From the NCBI RefSeq assembly GCF_006345805.1, contig NC_042997.1:130572001-130636000 (forward strand): DNA of 64,000 nt, in the 5' to 3' direction. The notes under the pieces were generated by a model that searched no databases, was not told where the DNA came from, and worked only from the letters and a program-made list of their open reading frames with translations. This DNA is from Octopus sinensis. Its lineage: Eukaryota. Of this stretch, positions 62,370 to 64,000 are shown in pieces (within the stretch, counting starts at the first letter, position 1; the number at the start of each line of letters is the position of its first letter). The translations under genes were made by a program, and so were the position numbers.

Positions 62370-62720
62370 ATCCTTAAAAATGTTTCAGCCCAAAAGCTGC
62401 GGCCATGCTGGGGCACCACCGTTGAATGAGCTACACTAGTATGTGAATCCACCTTTGATACGTGGCACTTGATCAACAAGGGAGTTCGATGCCGCTGCCT
62501 GCGTCTGTGTTTCCTGCCGAGAGGTAGGTTCATCTGGAACCCCTGACAAGAAGAGATCCAGTTTAGTTTCAAAGAAACCCAAGAGATCCATATACAATCT
62601 CGACATTTCATGGAAGACCAACACTGCTTCTATGAACAGTGATCTTGAAAGCATTCTCCAATAGAGTTACGACAATCTTGCCTTCTTTAGCAGCACTAAA
62701 GCTCTAACTGTAAACATATC
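62370..62720 (-). mobile_element. CR1-type LINE 3' end (second copy ~53905-54150 +)
   Basis: F.TKLDLFL..VPDEPT...AA.SNSL..Q motif in both copies. Confidence 0.75.
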
Positions 62721-64000
62721 AAGGAACTCAACCATCTCTAGTCATGTACAACACAACTAAAATCTTGAGAATTTATACAAATGCCAAGTTCCACAGAATC
62801 TAATGATTTTTAATAGTGACTTCACGTACATAACATTGCCAACATTTAAATGCTACAGACTAGGTAACCTCTTCCAAACTATAATTTAGTTTGATTAATA
62901 TAATCATGTGAATGACCAACATGATAACGAGGCTCACATATATGGAATTTTGCAGTTGCTGCTTCAACACAGAAGTATTTTAGACTGTATTAAAAATAGG
63001 CCATTAAGCTGAATAGGGAAAATTTGCAGACAAACCACAATCACTAATCTACAGACATTCTGTTTCTATTTCCTGTTTACTCTCTCATTACTATAATGCC
63101 TTCCACTCCTATAAACTATAAAACTTGCTCACTATTTTCCCCACCCCCCACTTAATATTCCTTCAGCCTTACCCCTGCCAAACACAACATGAGACACTTT
63201 GGTTATTTAACCCTATTGTGTCCATATTTCTGTTGAAATAAACAGTCTTTGTTTCAATAAATTATTAAAATAATAAAGAATTTATTAAAATAACTGTCAT
63301 TTATAAGCTTGTTTGGAACATAAGGCGGCGAGCTAGCAGACACACTAGCGCATCGGGCGAAATGCTTAGCAGTATTTCATCTGTCGTTACGTTCAGAGTT
63401 CAAATTGTGGTCGACTTTGCCTTTCATCCTTTCGGGGTCAATAAATAAAGTACCAGTTTCGCACTGAGGTTGATGTAATCAACTTAATCCGTTTGTCTGT
63501 CCTTGTTTGTCCCCTCTGTGTTTAGCCCTTTGTGAGTAGTAAAGAAAGAGGTATTTCGTCTGCTGCTATGTTCTGAGTTCAAATTCCGCAGAGGTCAACT
63601 TTGCCTTTCATCCTTTCAGGGTCGATAAATAAAGTACCAGTTTCGCACTGGGGTCGATATAATCAACTTAATCCCTTTGTCTGTCCTTGTTTGTCCCCTC
63701 TATGTTTAGCCCCTTGTGGGCAATAAAGAAATATATAAGTTTGCTTGGAACATAAATTATCATGCAATTCTGATGGAAAATTTTAAGATCATTTTAAAAC
63801 AAAGAGTTTGTATCATGGAACCAGGTATGGTTTCTGGCAAGTTGATATCAATAGAATTAAACTTGTCACTGCATATTTTACCTAATAAGCAACAACCTAC
63901 AAAAATTTAATGTTACATAATCATATCAACTCCACTGGTCTAGGAAGATCTGTGAAAGTCACATAATATGACTTCCACTAGAAAGTATTTCAGTGGCTGA

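Overview
AT-rich, microsatellite-dense eukaryotic DNA. The repeat families (tRNA-derived SINEs, RTE, CR1, R4/Dong, mariner, Helitron, Penelope-type remnants) suggest an octopus or other cephalopod genome; this is an inference. I reconstructed two convergent multi-exon genes by hand, with GT-AG boundaries and consistent phases. (1) + strand, 5'-incomplete, 895-21617, 8 exons: an EGF-EGF-EGF-SEA-TM type I membrane protein with a ~245-aa Tyr- and Pro-motif-rich cytoplasmic tail. (2) - strand, 52393-30207, 8 coding exons, 821 aa: signal peptide, two tandem GPR158/GPR179-like ectodomains separated by a furin-type linker, and a short hydrophobic GPI-signal-like C-terminus, with no 7TM domain. The non-coding space holds several unrelated families of short foldback (inverted-repeat) elements. 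Three flanked insertions have 12-15 bp target-site duplications, and several families carry minimal type I hammerhead-ribozyme motifs of the Penelope-like-element kind. These include a G3:C8 core-swapped variant and a tRNA-headed SINE with a hammerhead tail. Most ORFs in the supplied track are microsatellite or repeat artefacts.
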